Origin: Candidatus Poribacteria bacterium
Lineage (GTDB): Bacteria; Poribacteria; WGA-4E; WGA-3G
Direction: 5' to 3'
DNA: 64,000 nucleotides
Assembly: GCA_965242965.1 (NCBI GenBank)
Contig: OZ251518.1
Location: 5,152,001-5,216,000 of the forward strand
This document shows, piece after piece, positions 11,382 through 21,088 of the stretch. The position numbers were made by a program, and so were the translations under genes. Every line of letters begins with the position of its first letter. Within the stretch, counting starts at the first letter, position 1. Under the pieces are notes generated by a model that ran no database searches, was not told the origin of the DNA, and saw nothing but the letters and a program-made list of their open reading frames with translations.

Positions 11382-12269
11382 ATGCTTAATATAAATCCTT
11401 TTCAACAGCCAGGACAGTGGTATCGCGGCAATACGCATACGCATAGCACCGAATCCGATGGGAAGCTGCCCATCGCTGACCGGTTCGCCGCATACCGCGA
11501 GAAAGGCTACGACTTCCTCGTGCTGACAGATCATCGGAAAGTGAACGATGTGCAAGATTACAGCACCTCCGACTTTTTGGCGATATCCGGAAGCGAAGTG
11601 CATCCCCCAAATCCATACGGCGGCGCGACATACCACATCGTCGCAATCAATATTCACGAACCAGTGAATTGCGCGAAGATGCACCCGAACGCCGTGCTTG
11701 ATGACATCAAGGCGCAGGGCGGTGAGGCGGTCCTCTGCCATCCTTATTGGTGTGGGCACACGGTGTCAGACTTCCTGCCGTTGCGCGGCTATTTCGCCGT
11801 CGAGGTTTACAACGATACCTGCATGGGCATCGGCAAGGGGTTCTCGGAGCAGGCATGGGATGACCTGCTGGATCGAGGCGGTCCGGTGTTCGGCATCGCC
11901 GCAGACGACGCGCACGGCGTAACCCACGACTGCTTCCACGGCTGGGTAATGGTGAAATCACCGGATCTCACGCTTGAAGGTATCATGGAGGCACTCCGCA
12001 CCGGCGCGTTTTACTCAACACTCGGGCCCGAAATCTCGGACATCACCGTCAACCCCGCCGATAAAAAAATCACTGTGAAGTGCTCCGCCGCGCAATCTAT
12101 TGTCTTCAAGGCGGAGTGTCATCGAGGACGGCGCGTCCTCGCACCGGAAGGGGCAACGTTGACAGAAGCAACGTATCAAGTCCCCGAAGACGCGAAATAC
12201 GTCCGCGTTGAGGTAACGGATGAAACAGGGAAGAAAGCCTGGTCGAATCCGTTCTTTTTCCATTTGTAG
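11382..12269 (+). CDS. PHP-domain metallohydrolase (CehA/McbA-like)
   Basis: GNTHTHSTESDG, LTDH, CHPYW, ADDAH, AWSNPF. Confidence 0.85.
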   Translation: MLNINPFQQPGQWYRGNTHTHSTESDGKLPIADRFAAYREKGYDFLVLTDHRKVNDVQDYSTSDFLAISGSEVHPPNPYGGATYHIVAINIHEPVNCAKMHPNAVLDDIKAQGGEAVLCHPYWCGHTVSDFLPLRGYFAVEVYNDTCMGIGKGFSEQAWDDLLDRGGPVFGIAADDAHGVTHDCFHGWVMVKSPDLTLEGIMEALRTGAFYSTLGPEISDITVNPADKKITVKCSAAQSIVFKAECHRGRRVLAPEGATLTEATYQVPEDAKYVRVEVTDETGKKAWSNPFFFHL

Positions 12270-12272
12270 CTT

Positions 12273-13373
12273 GTGAAACCGACGATACGGCCGATACAGA
12301 AAATCCTTGTGTGCCAAACGGGCGGCTGGATAGGCGACATGGTGCTGCTGACCCCGGCGTTGCGCGCTCTGAAAAAGGCATATCCAACGTCGCAACTTAC
12401 CTTCTGGCTGCGGCCCCGCGTCGCTGATGTGATGGAAACGCATCCTTATGTTGACACGTGCCTTGTGGATACGAAAGCCGAAGGTAGACTCCGTTCGCTA
12501 AAGCCTTTCGTCAATCAGATTCGCCAAAGTAATTTTGATCTGGCGGTTGTTTTGCATCCTACCTCATTTCGGAACGCGCTCCTCCCGTTTCTGGCGCGCG
12601 TGCCGATACGTATCGGGAGTAACGTCAGCGGACGCGGGATGTTGCTTACCACAACCTATCGCGAGAGCAGCGATGTGCATGAGGTGTCCGGGAAAGGAGG
12701 CATCGAGACCAGGAGATCTCTCCTACAGCGCAATACGAGCGATGTGCATGAGGTGCAACGCTACCTGCGCGTCCTACAACTACTTGGCGATGACATCACT
12801 ATGCCAGACGACGAACTCGGCTTTTGGCATACTGACGCTGATCGGCGGGCAGTCCAACGACTCTTGCCGCAGCAAACACACGAGCAGTTCATCGGCATCA
12901 ATTTAGGCACGACTTGGGAAACAAAACGGTGGCATGTGGATAACTTCGCCGCGGTCATCCGGCAGATTTCACGGCAGGTTCCGAACGTAAAGATCGTTTT
13001 AACGGGTTCCGCGGCGGAACGTGACATCGCAGCGGCGTTGCACTGTCCTGAAACTACCGTAAATCTCGCCGGGAAAACGACGATTCTTCAACTCGGCGCG
13101 CTCATCGAACGGTTTCGTGTGTATCTAACGTGTGATAGCGGCCCGATGCACATCGCCGCCGCGGTCGGCACGCCGACGGTGTCGCTATTCGGTCCCACGG
13201 CACCAGCGCGCCACGGGCCCTACGGAAATACTGAACATATCGTGCTTGAGAAACCGGTATCGTGTCGGCCCTGCTATAAACGGGTCTGTCACCGAAAAGA
13301 CGCGCCGCACCTCTGCATGACGGAAATCCGCGCCGCGGAAGTCGCGGCCGCTTTAACACAATTTTTAGTTTAG
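12273..13373 (+). CDS. Glycosyltransferase family 9 (heptosyltransferase-like) with in-frame REP insertion
   Basis: IGDMVL-TP, DSGPMHIAAA, LFGPT, C-PC motifs. Confidence 0.92.
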   Translation: MKPTIRPIQKILVCQTGGWIGDMVLLTPALRALKKAYPTSQLTFWLRPRVADVMETHPYVDTCLVDTKAEGRLRSLKPFVNQIRQSNFDLAVVLHPTSFRNALLPFLARVPIRIGSNVSGRGMLLTTTYRESSDVHEVSGKGGIETRRSLLQRNTSDVHEVQRYLRVLQLLGDDITMPDDELGFWHTDADRRAVQRLLPQQTHEQFIGINLGTTWETKRWHVDNFAAVIRQISRQVPNVKIVLTGSAAERDIAAALHCPETTVNLAGKTTILQLGALIERFRVYLTCDSGPMHIAAAVGTPTVSLFGPTAPARHGPYGNTEHIVLEKPVSCRPCYKRVCHRKDAPHLCMTEIRAAEVAAALTQFLV

Positions 13374-13381
13374 GAGCATGA

Positions 13382-14134
13382 ATGAAAAACATCCGCGCAC
13401 TGCTATTTGACTTCGGTGGAACATTAGATGGAAACGGCATCCACTGGCTTGAACGAACGTATCAATTCATCACCGAACATCACCCCGAAATCACGCGGGA
13501 AGCGTTTGACACGGCGGATAAGGCCGCTGTCGCCGCGTTTGCCCTCGGCGATACTTCTGTCGTCGATCCGCAGTATCAGATCGGTTCTATGGTGCCCGTT
13601 GTCGGTATGGCTTCCGATGGTGCGGCAGCGCGTTGCAGCTTGCGCGATACCAGCGATGCAATCGCGGCTGGCATTTATCAACGCCTCGGCTTACGCGCCG
13701 AATTGAAAGATAGATACGTTGAGTCGTTCTGTCAAGATGTAGCGGCGAGTCTTGAGGAAAATCGCCGATGGTTGGAAACGCTACACGGCACCTATCAACT
13801 GGGTGTCATCAGCAACAACTTCGGCAATACGCGCGGCTGGTGCGACGAATACGGACTCACGCCGCTGCTTGATGTGATTGTGGATTCCACTGCTTTCGGT
13901 GCCGCAAAGCCGGATGCACGCATCTTTCAACACGCGCTATCAGAACTCGGCGTTGCGGCAGCGGAGGCAGTGTATGTCGGCGATAGTTTCGTCCCCGATA
14001 TGAGGGGAGCGAAAGCCGTCGGTATGTGGACAGCATGGCTCATCGGGAACGAAACGAAGACGTGCCCAGACGCGTCCATGGTAGATGTGCAGTTGCGACA
14101 CCTCCATGAATTGGTGGCGTTTCTGGACGCGTAG
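13382..14134 (+). CDS. HAD family hydrolase
   Basis: LFDFGGTLD, ISN, KPD, VGDS---D. Confidence 0.9.
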   Translation: MKNIRALLFDFGGTLDGNGIHWLERTYQFITEHHPEITREAFDTADKAAVAAFALGDTSVVDPQYQIGSMVPVVGMASDGAAARCSLRDTSDAIAAGIYQRLGLRAELKDRYVESFCQDVAASLEENRRWLETLHGTYQLGVISNNFGNTRGWCDEYGLTPLLDVIVDSTAFGAAKPDARIFQHALSELGVAAAEAVYVGDSFVPDMRGAKAVGMWTAWLIGNETKTCPDASMVDVQLRHLHELVAFLDA

Positions 14135-14157
14135 GCGCGCTTTGAAAGCGCGCCTAC
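14131..14157. repeat. REP type F palindrome overlapping stop codon, between convergent genes
   Basis: GTAGGCGCGC-TTTGAAA-GCGCGCCTAC; relatives at 18081, 40431 and 4386-4401. Confidence 0.8.
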
Positions 14158-14166
14158 CGGTGGCGG

Positions 14167-14766
14167 TTACATTTCTCGGTGCAAGCCGATGACCTTACCG
14201 AGGATCATCACATCATCGACACCGATGATGTGCGGCTCATGCTTCGGGTCTGGACTTTCCGGCTGCAGGCGCACTATCTCGCCATCGATGGAAAGACGTT
14301 TGACAGTCGCTTCCTCTTCGAGGAGCGCGACGACAATGTCACCGGGGTCCGCGTCCGCCTGTTTTCTGACGATAACGTAATCGCCTTCGAGGATGCCGGC
14401 GTTGTGCATGCTCGAACCGATGATGCGCAGCGCGAAGCATTCGTGGTTATCCACCATGCGCATCGGGACAGGGAGTGAACCCTCAATATTTTCGGAGGCG
14501 AGGAGCGGTGTGCCGGCGGCGACGCGCCCGACTATCGGCACCTCTTTGATCTGCCGGCCCGGAATCGAAATCGCGCGCGGCTTGCCGGGGACCCGATTGA
14601 TATACTTCTTCTTCTCCAGCGCGCTGATGTGGTCATGCGCGGCTTTCTCGGAGAAGCCGAACTTCGCACCAATCTCCCGCACCGTCGGCGGGTAACCATC
14701 TTCATTGATGCATTGGCGAATGTAGGTAAGCACCTGGTCTTGCCGGGTGGTTAAGTATTTAGACAT
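14167..14766 (-). CDS. lexA: SOS transcriptional repressor LexA
   Basis: LTTRQ..GYPPTVREIG winged HTH, VAAG cleavage site, G-SM and ATVKR catalytic Ser/Lys. Confidence 0.97.
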   Translation of the reverse strand: MSKYLTTRQDQVLTYIRQCINEDGYPPTVREIGAKFGFSEKAAHDHISALEKKKYINRVPGKPRAISIPGRQIKEVPIVGRVAAGTPLLASENIEGSLPVPMRMVDNHECFALRIIGSSMHNAGILEGDYVIVRKQADADPGDIVVALLEEEATVKRLSIDGEIVRLQPESPDPKHEPHIIGVDDVMILGKVIGLHREM

Positions 14767-14854
14767 CGTGTAAATCTCCTTCTAGAAATTTCGCTATAAC
14801 TCTCGGAAACGCGTGCTCGCGCCCGCATTTCCGCGCTGTTAATTCTTTTCTATT

Positions 14855-14883
14855 AGTATACTATACGAAAATTTACAAATCAA
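14855..14883 (-). promoter_or_regulatory. Sigma70-type promoter of lexA
   Basis: TTGATT-17-TATACT. Confidence 0.6.
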
Positions 14884-14954
14884 GGAAAATCGGTCTTGGC
14901 GAAATTTGCAACCAAATTGCGTTTCTAACGTCTTAATATTCAGGGAAACATATC

Positions 14955-15590
14955 ATGAAGAAAATCGTTCTTATTTGCGGGCTCATCGCTGTCACCGCGC
15001 TCGCCGCCTTTAGTAAAGACAAACCGGCGACGGTGAAACTTGACCCGGCGACTGTGAAACTTGACACTATCGTCAAAAATTTTAGTCTCAAAGATGACAC
15101 CGGCAAAAGCCACGCTTTGCAAAAGTTGAGCGAGAAGAAGACAGCCGTCGTCGTGCTGTTCCTCGCCACGCAGTGCCCGATAGCCACCGATTACGCCGAA
15201 CGCATCGTCGCTTTAGTTGACGCATACGCCGAGAAGGACGTGCAGTTTGTCGGTATCAACTCAAATAGACAGGAAACGGTTGAGGAAATCGCCGAATATA
15301 GCGAAAAACACGGCTTTGAATTTCCGGTGCTGAAAGACCCGGGCAACAAAATCGCTGACTATTTCGCCGCGCGCCGAACGCCGGAGGTGTTTGTATTGGA
15401 CAAGGAACGCATCCTCCGCTACCGCGGCGCGATTGACGATAAACGGACAGAACCGACAAAGCACTATCTCCAAACCGCGTTGGATCTGGTAATCGCGGCA
15501 CAGGAGATTCCAGAAAAATCGAAAAAGACACGGGCTGTTGGATGCACCATTAAACGGGTGCGGAAAACGAGTGTGGATAGAACGCCGTAG
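14955..15590 (+). CDS. Thioredoxin-fold (AhpC/TSA, redoxin) exported protein
   Basis: Signal peptide, FLATQCP, TPEVFVLD, YRGAIDD, GCTIK. Confidence 0.85.
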   Translation: MKKIVLICGLIAVTALAAFSKDKPATVKLDPATVKLDTIVKNFSLKDDTGKSHALQKLSEKKTAVVVLFLATQCPIATDYAERIVALVDAYAEKDVQFVGINSNRQETVEEIAEYSEKHGFEFPVLKDPGNKIADYFAARRTPEVFVLDKERILRYRGAIDDKRTEPTKHYLQTALDLVIAAQEIPEKSKKTRAVGCTIKRVRKTSVDRTP

Positions 15591-15609
15591 TTACACGGAG
15601 GAGCAGAAG

Positions 15610-18084
15610 ATGCGTCGATTTTTAACTGCTATTTTTCAGGGAGTGCTCGCGCTGTTTTTCAGCGTCTGCATCCTCGTGTTCATCGTCATTTTTCTCGCTG
15701 TCGGGGTTGGATGCGGCGTGATGCTGGCATGCTGGGAAGATATCTCCACGCTGGACCTGGCGAAGTTAGAATACAAGGGAGACAAGGAGACATGGCGGCA
15801 ACACCTGGAAGTCTACTCCGCTGTCTGCGAAGTCCAGAAGGCGGATAACGTCGATTTCTTGGTGGATAAGTTGCAACGCTTGGAATACGAGAAGGTCGGC
15901 GAGATAATTCCGAGATTGAGCTCGCCGGGCGAATACGCGACAGCGTTGAACGCTGAAAAGAGCGGCACTGTCCACATCCATCTGCGCGAGTTTGAATACC
16001 CGCGCCTGACACCGGAAACAGGGCACGTTCAAGTCGCAGTGAGGACCGGGAAGATTGTTGGCATCCGTAATGCAGAAGGCTCCCCGCGCCAGCGGTTTTA
16101 TCTTGAACCGGAACTGATAGACGAATTTTCCGATGAAGAAGGCACGACGCGCCGGCTCATTCCGCTCGTAGAGATGCCGGAGAGACTCTATGGTGCCTTC
16201 ATCGCTATTGAAGACAGGCGGTTTTACACGCACTGGGGCATTGACATCATCCGTCTCACTGGGGCTGTAGGGAAAACGGTTTTGAGGGGACAACGCCTCG
16301 GGGCGACAAGCACCTTGACGCAGCAATTGGCGAGGAATGTCTACCTCGGAAGACAGCGCGACCTGCCCCGGAAAGTGCGGGAGATTTTGCTCGCCATCAG
16401 AATCGAGAAATCCTTCTCTAAAGACGAGATTTTGGAACGGTATCTCAACTACGTTGACTTGGGACGGTACGGAAAAACGCTCCACGGCGTTCAGCAAGCC
16501 GCACACGGCTATTTCGGCAAGGAGGTTTCGGAATTGGCGTTCCACGAATGCGCGCTATTGGCGGCACTGCCAAAAGCACCCAGTGGTTACTCGCCCATTT
16601 ACAATCCCGAAAATGCCAAAAGGCGGCGTAATCTAGCATTGAAGTTGATGCTCAACGAAGGCTATATCACCGATACCGAATACCTCGCCAGCATTAACGC
16701 GCCGCTCATTGAACAAAATCCGCTCCGCAGCGGCACGAGAAAGACGCGGAAGGAAGCCGGGCATTTCCTCGCTTATGTCGAAAAAGAGCTGCTCAAACTC
16801 TCTGATTTGGGAGATACCCTCTATAGTGGCGGGCTGAAAGTCTACACCCCGATAGATATGTCCATGCAAGCGGTTGCCGAGAAAGCCGTGGCAGACCATC
16901 TTCGGTATATGGATGGCAAGTGGAGCCGCCTGCCGAATTACGATGTCAATAAGCGAAATCCGCACGGGCTCAACCCGATTAAGGATTATCTGCAAGCGGC
17001 ACTCATCGCTTTTGAACCGCATACGGGGCACGTAAAAGCGATGGTAGGCGGCCGCGATTACAACATCAGAATCCCTGCGAAGACAATCGCGGATTTTAAT
17101 TCCTACAACCGCGCTTTGGGGGATGCGAAGCGGCAGCCCGGTTCCGCTTTTAAACCGATTGTGTTCGCCTCGCTGTTAGAGGGCTCCAACCCAGTCTTAA
17201 CGCCCGGAACGCCGATTATTGATGAACGGTGGGGTATTGTTCCTGCACCGGGCCAATCGGCATGGTATCCTCGCAACTACAGTAAGACGTTTCGGGGCCC
17301 GGTTAACTTGCGCGACGTTCTCACCGCTTCCATTAACGTCCCGACGGCGCGCGCTGTGTTGGAAACTCCGATGGGTGAAAATGGCATTTGGGAGGGAATT
17401 AACCGTCTCGTCTCACTCGCTAAGAAGATGGGAATTAACAGTTTCTTGGATCCGAAACCGGCACTCACGTTAGGTTCATCAGGGATAACGGTGTTGGAGC
17501 TGACCTCGGCGTATGGCATCTTCGCCAACGGTGGTATTAAGACGGAACCTGTTCACATCCAGTATATAGTTGACTCGGATGGGAATGTTATCTATCCGCC
17601 GAAGGGACATCAAGATGAACGCACACGTGTTTTAGACGCAGGCGTTGCGTATCAGATTACCTCCTGTCTGCAGAGTGTGATGACGAATGGCACAGGCAGG
17701 CGCGCGAGGAACATGGGGTTAACTCGGCCATCAGCCGGTAAAACCGGCACGACGAACGACTACGTTGATGCATGGTTCGTCGGTTATACGGCAGACATGG
17801 TTGTCGGAGTCTGGGTTGGATTCGATGAACCGATAAAACCGCATCGGCATAACTACAACCAGCAAGGTGCGTGGGCGGCACTGCCGATTTGGGCGCGCTT
17901 CATGATTGACGCATCCAGAGGCCCCGAAAAGGAATTCCCTGTCCCGGACAACATCGTTTTCCGAGAGGTAGACAAAACCACGGGCGGCTTGCGGCGCGTC
18001 GGCAAGTGCCCAGAGGAAAACGTCAGCAATGAACCGTTTATCAGGGGACAGGAGCCGCAGCATCTCTGTCCGAAACATCGGTAG
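15610..18084 (+). CDS. Class A penicillin-binding protein (PBP1A/1B family)
   Basis: EDRRFY-H-G, STLTQQL-RN, SAFK, SIN and KTGT motifs. Confidence 0.95.
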   Translation: MRRFLTAIFQGVLALFFSVCILVFIVIFLAVGVGCGVMLACWEDISTLDLAKLEYKGDKETWRQHLEVYSAVCEVQKADNVDFLVDKLQRLEYEKVGEIIPRLSSPGEYATALNAEKSGTVHIHLREFEYPRLTPETGHVQVAVRTGKIVGIRNAEGSPRQRFYLEPELIDEFSDEEGTTRRLIPLVEMPERLYGAFIAIEDRRFYTHWGIDIIRLTGAVGKTVLRGQRLGATSTLTQQLARNVYLGRQRDLPRKVREILLAIRIEKSFSKDEILERYLNYVDLGRYGKTLHGVQQAAHGYFGKEVSELAFHECALLAALPKAPSGYSPIYNPENAKRRRNLALKLMLNEGYITDTEYLASINAPLIEQNPLRSGTRKTRKEAGHFLAYVEKELLKLSDLGDTLYSGGLKVYTPIDMSMQAVAEKAVADHLRYMDGKWSRLPNYDVNKRNPHGLNPIKDYLQAALIAFEPHTGHVKAMVGGRDYNIRIPAKTIADFNSYNRALGDAKRQPGSAFKPIVFASLLEGSNPVLTPGTPIIDERWGIVPAPGQSAWYPRNYSKTFRGPVNLRDVLTASINVPTARAVLETPMGENGIWEGINRLVSLAKKMGINSFLDPKPALTLGSSGITVLELTSAYGIFANGGIKTEPVHIQYIVDSDGNVIYPPKGHQDERTRVLDAGVAYQITSCLQSVMTNGTGRRARNMGLTRPSAGKTGTTNDYVDAWFVGYTADMVVGVWVGFDEPIKPHRHNYNQQGAWAALPIWARFMIDASRGPEKEFPVPDNIVFREVDKTTGGLRRVGKCPEENVSNEPFIRGQEPQHLCPKHR

Positions 18085-18123
18085 GCGTGCTTTCGGAGCG
18101 CGCACAGCAATAAAGGAAACCGC

Positions 18124-18573
18124 ATGAGAGCCGTTATTCAACGCGTCACATCTGCCAGCGTCACAGTAGCTGGCGAGCTCGTCTCCGAAATCGGGGAGGG
18201 TTTGCTCATTTTCCTCGGCATCGCCCATGACGATACTGAAGCAGAATTGGACTACATCGCGAACAAAGTTATCAACCTCCGCATTTTTGAGGACAGCGAT
18301 GGCAAGATGAACCGTTCGCTTTTAGAGACAGGCGGTGCCGCCCTTGTCGTGTCGCAATTTACGTTATACGGCGATTGCCGGAAGGGGCGGCGGCCGAGTT
18401 TTATTGATGCCGCGCGTCCGGAGCAGGCGAAGGCACTGTATGAGCAGTTTATCGACGTTCTCGCGTCGCGGAATATCCCGACACAGGGCGGCACCTTTCA
18501 GGCAATGATGGATGTGCGGTTGGTAAATGACGGCCCTGTTACGATTTTGTTGGATAGTCGTAAGCAGTTTTGA
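18124..18573 (+). CDS. dtd: D-aminoacyl-tRNA deacylase
   Basis: [26 protein letters not shown]. Confidence 0.97.
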   Translation: MRAVIQRVTSASVTVAGELVSEIGEGLLIFLGIAHDDTEAELDYIANKVINLRIFEDSDGKMNRSLLETGGAALVVSQFTLYGDCRKGRRPSFIDAARPEQAKALYEQFIDVLASRNIPTQGGTFQAMMDVRLVNDGPVTILLDSRKQF

Positions 18574-18580
18574 AAAATGC

Positions 18581-18609
18581 TTGACATTTGCCAGAAAATA
18601 GGGTAAACT
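18581..18609 (+). promoter_or_regulatory. Sigma70 promoter, probably leaderless transcript
   Basis: TTGACA-17-TAAACT ending 5 nt before ATG 18615; no Shine-Dalgarno. Confidence 0.65.
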
Positions 18610-18614
18610 AACTA

Positions 18615-19415
18615 ATGAAACGCTGGATTGACTCCATAAAACAGGGTGACTGTATTCAGTTGATGTCGGAAATGCCGGCGGAATGCATCGACCTGCTCAT
18701 CACGGATCCGCCGTTCGCCATTGACTTTAAAGCGATTCGGCATAACTACAACCGAAAAGGGGACAGCGTCCTTCAAGGTTACCACGAAATTGAAGGTAAC
18801 GATTACCTCGCGTTTACGCTTGACTGGCTATCACAAGCGACGAGGGTGCTTAAAGATTCCGGCAGCATGTATATCTTCTCTGGCTGGAATTATCTGAAGG
18901 AGCTCTTGATTGCGATTGACGTGTGCGGGCTGACGACGGTCAATCATCTGATATGGAAATATCAGTTCGGTGTGGTAACCCGGCGAAAATACGTCACCTC
19001 GCATTACCACTGTCTTTTTGTCTGTAAGAACGACCGGGAGCGACAGTTTCACCCCTTCGTCCGTTTTGACAAGGATGCCAAAACCGAAACCGGCGGTTCC
19101 GCGCACTACAGAGACAAAGAGGACGTTTGGGAAATCAAGCGAGAATATTGGCCGGGCGCGGTGAAAACGCCCACGAAACTGCCTGCCGAGCTCATTGAGA
19201 AAATTCTCGATTATTCCAGCGAAAAAGGCGATGTGGTTTTGGATCCGTTTTTAGGTTCAGGCCAGGTTGCTGTCGTGAGTAAGATGAAAGAGCGGCATTA
19301 CGTCGGATTTGAGATTGTGCCGGCGTATTACGAATTCGCACGAGATAGGCTAACATCCGGAAAATATCTCATTCAACACACAGAAAAAGCTGCAACGGAA
19401 AAAGCTGTTCAATAA
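18615..19415 (+). CDS. Orphan N4/N6 DNA methyltransferase (beta class)
   Basis: DPPF near N-terminus, VLDPFLGSG near C-terminus. Confidence 0.92.
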   Translation: MKRWIDSIKQGDCIQLMSEMPAECIDLLITDPPFAIDFKAIRHNYNRKGDSVLQGYHEIEGNDYLAFTLDWLSQATRVLKDSGSMYIFSGWNYLKELLIAIDVCGLTTVNHLIWKYQFGVVTRRKYVTSHYHCLFVCKNDRERQFHPFVRFDKDAKTETGGSAHYRDKEDVWEIKREYWPGAVKTPTKLPAELIEKILDYSSEKGDVVLDPFLGSGQVAVVSKMKERHYVGFEIVPAYYEFARDRLTSGKYLIQHTEKAATEKAVQ

Positions 19416-19426
19416 GGAGAAAAACC

Positions 19427-21067
19427 ATGCATAACAGACCTCCGACTATCGGCGAATATCTCTTACGAAAACTGCATCACTACGACATTGAACACATCTT
19501 CGGTATCCCCGGTGATTACGTGCTGCGGTTCTATCACCTCATCGAACAGAACCCCATCCAGCACATCGGCATGACACGCGAAGATGCCGCCGGATACGCC
19601 GCTGACGCTTACGCACGCCTCAAAGGCATGGGGGCCGTTTGTATCACCTACTGCGTCGGCGGATTGTCAATGGTGAATGCCATCGCGGGTGCCTACGCCG
19701 AAAAATCGCCTGTCGTTGTGATTAGCGGCGCACCCGGCATCAAAGAACGCGCCAAGGACGCACTGCTGCACCACAAAGTGCGCGATTTTCACACGCAACA
19801 GCGCATCTATGAGGAGATTACCGTCGCAACCGCGCTGCTTGACGAACCGTTCGCCGCTTTCAACGAGATCGACCGGGTGCTTGACGCTGTTTATCGATAT
19901 AAACGTCCCGGCTACATTGAACTCCCGCGCGATATGGTGGACATCCACGGCTCGCTCCACCAAAGGCCCTCAACAGGCGGACACCTCAGTGACCCGGCCG
20001 TTCTGGATGCTGCCGTTGCCGACGCGCTCGATTTCATCAACCATAGCAAAAATCCGGTGATTCTGGCAGGTGTTGAACTTCATCGATTCGGGTATCAAAA
20101 CAAGCTTCTCAGGTTGGTGGAAGAAAAACGCATCCCTGTGGTGGCGACGCTCCTCGGCAAATCGGTGATGCCGGAGGGACATCCGCTCTACCTAGGCGTT
20201 TATGAGGGTGCGATGGGACGGGAAGATGTCCGCCAATTCGTTGAAAACTCCGATTGCGTCATCATCCTCGGTGCCTTCATGACGGATGTAAATCTCGGCA
20301 TTTACACGGCGAATCTTGAACGCGGGAAATCCATCTACGCAACATCGGAAAAGATTGCCGTGCGCTATCGTGCCTATGAAGAAGTTATGTTGGACGATTT
20401 TATTGACGGCATCGGTTCGTCACATCTCCGGAGGCGGAAGAAACCGAACGTGGAATGGGCAAAGCAGCCCGCCGAACCTTTTGAGATATCCCCAGACGCG
20501 CCGTTAAGCGTGAAACGGCTGTTCCAGCATCTCAACGAATTCATGCGCGAAGGCCTTACGGTAATCGCCGATGCAGGCGATAGTCTCTTCGGCGCGCTGG
20601 ATTTGCGGATGCATCAGCGCAACGATTTTATCAGTCCTGCCTATTACACATCGATGGGGTTCGCTGTCCCGGCATCTGTCGGCGCGCAACTCGGCAGACC
20701 GGATACGCGGCCCATCGTTATCGTCGGCGATGGCGCGTTCCAAATGACAGGGATGGAACTTTCCACAACGGCGCGCTATGGGCTCAATCCGATTGTCCTC
20801 GTCTTGAATAACCACGGCTATGGCACGGAACGGCACCTCCACGAAGGCGCGTTTAACGACATTCGGGACTGGAACTATAGCCGATTGCCGGAGGTATTCG
20901 GCGCGGGTAGAGGCTACCATGTCCGCACCGAAGGCGAATTTGACGATGCCTTCAAAGCCGCTCTCGCAGAGACGGAGCACTTTGTCCTGATTGAAGTGGA
21001 ACTTGAGAAGTTGGACCGGTCACCGGCATTGGCACGCTTGGCGGAACGCATGTCTGATAAAATCTGA
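19427..21067 (+). CDS. ThDP-dependent alpha-keto acid (indolepyruvate-type) decarboxylase
   Basis: FGIPGDY, AIAGAYAE, LLHH, GDGAFQMT..LNN. Confidence 0.92.
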   Translation: MHNRPPTIGEYLLRKLHHYDIEHIFGIPGDYVLRFYHLIEQNPIQHIGMTREDAAGYAADAYARLKGMGAVCITYCVGGLSMVNAIAGAYAEKSPVVVISGAPGIKERAKDALLHHKVRDFHTQQRIYEEITVATALLDEPFAAFNEIDRVLDAVYRYKRPGYIELPRDMVDIHGSLHQRPSTGGHLSDPAVLDAAVADALDFINHSKNPVILAGVELHRFGYQNKLLRLVEEKRIPVVATLLGKSVMPEGHPLYLGVYEGAMGREDVRQFVENSDCVIILGAFMTDVNLGIYTANLERGKSIYATSEKIAVRYRAYEEVMLDDFIDGIGSSHLRRRKKPNVEWAKQPAEPFEISPDAPLSVKRLFQHLNEFMREGLTVIADAGDSLFGALDLRMHQRNDFISPAYYTSMGFAVPASVGAQLGRPDTRPIVIVGDGAFQMTGMELSTTARYGLNPIVLVLNNHGYGTERHLHEGAFNDIRDWNYSRLPEVFGAGRGYHVRTEGEFDDAFKAALAETEHFVLIEVELEKLDRSPALARLAERMSDKI

Positions 21068-21088
21068 ATACCGAAAGGGATATTTCAC

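Noticed and set aside
14767-14954. LexA operator
   Set aside because: I recognise no known SOS box; the AAATTTCGC / GCGAAATTT inversion is about 110 bp apart and unconvincing.
14955-15590. Second selenoprotein (redoxin)
   Set aside because: The active-site residue is an ordinary Cys codon and there is no in-frame TGA.
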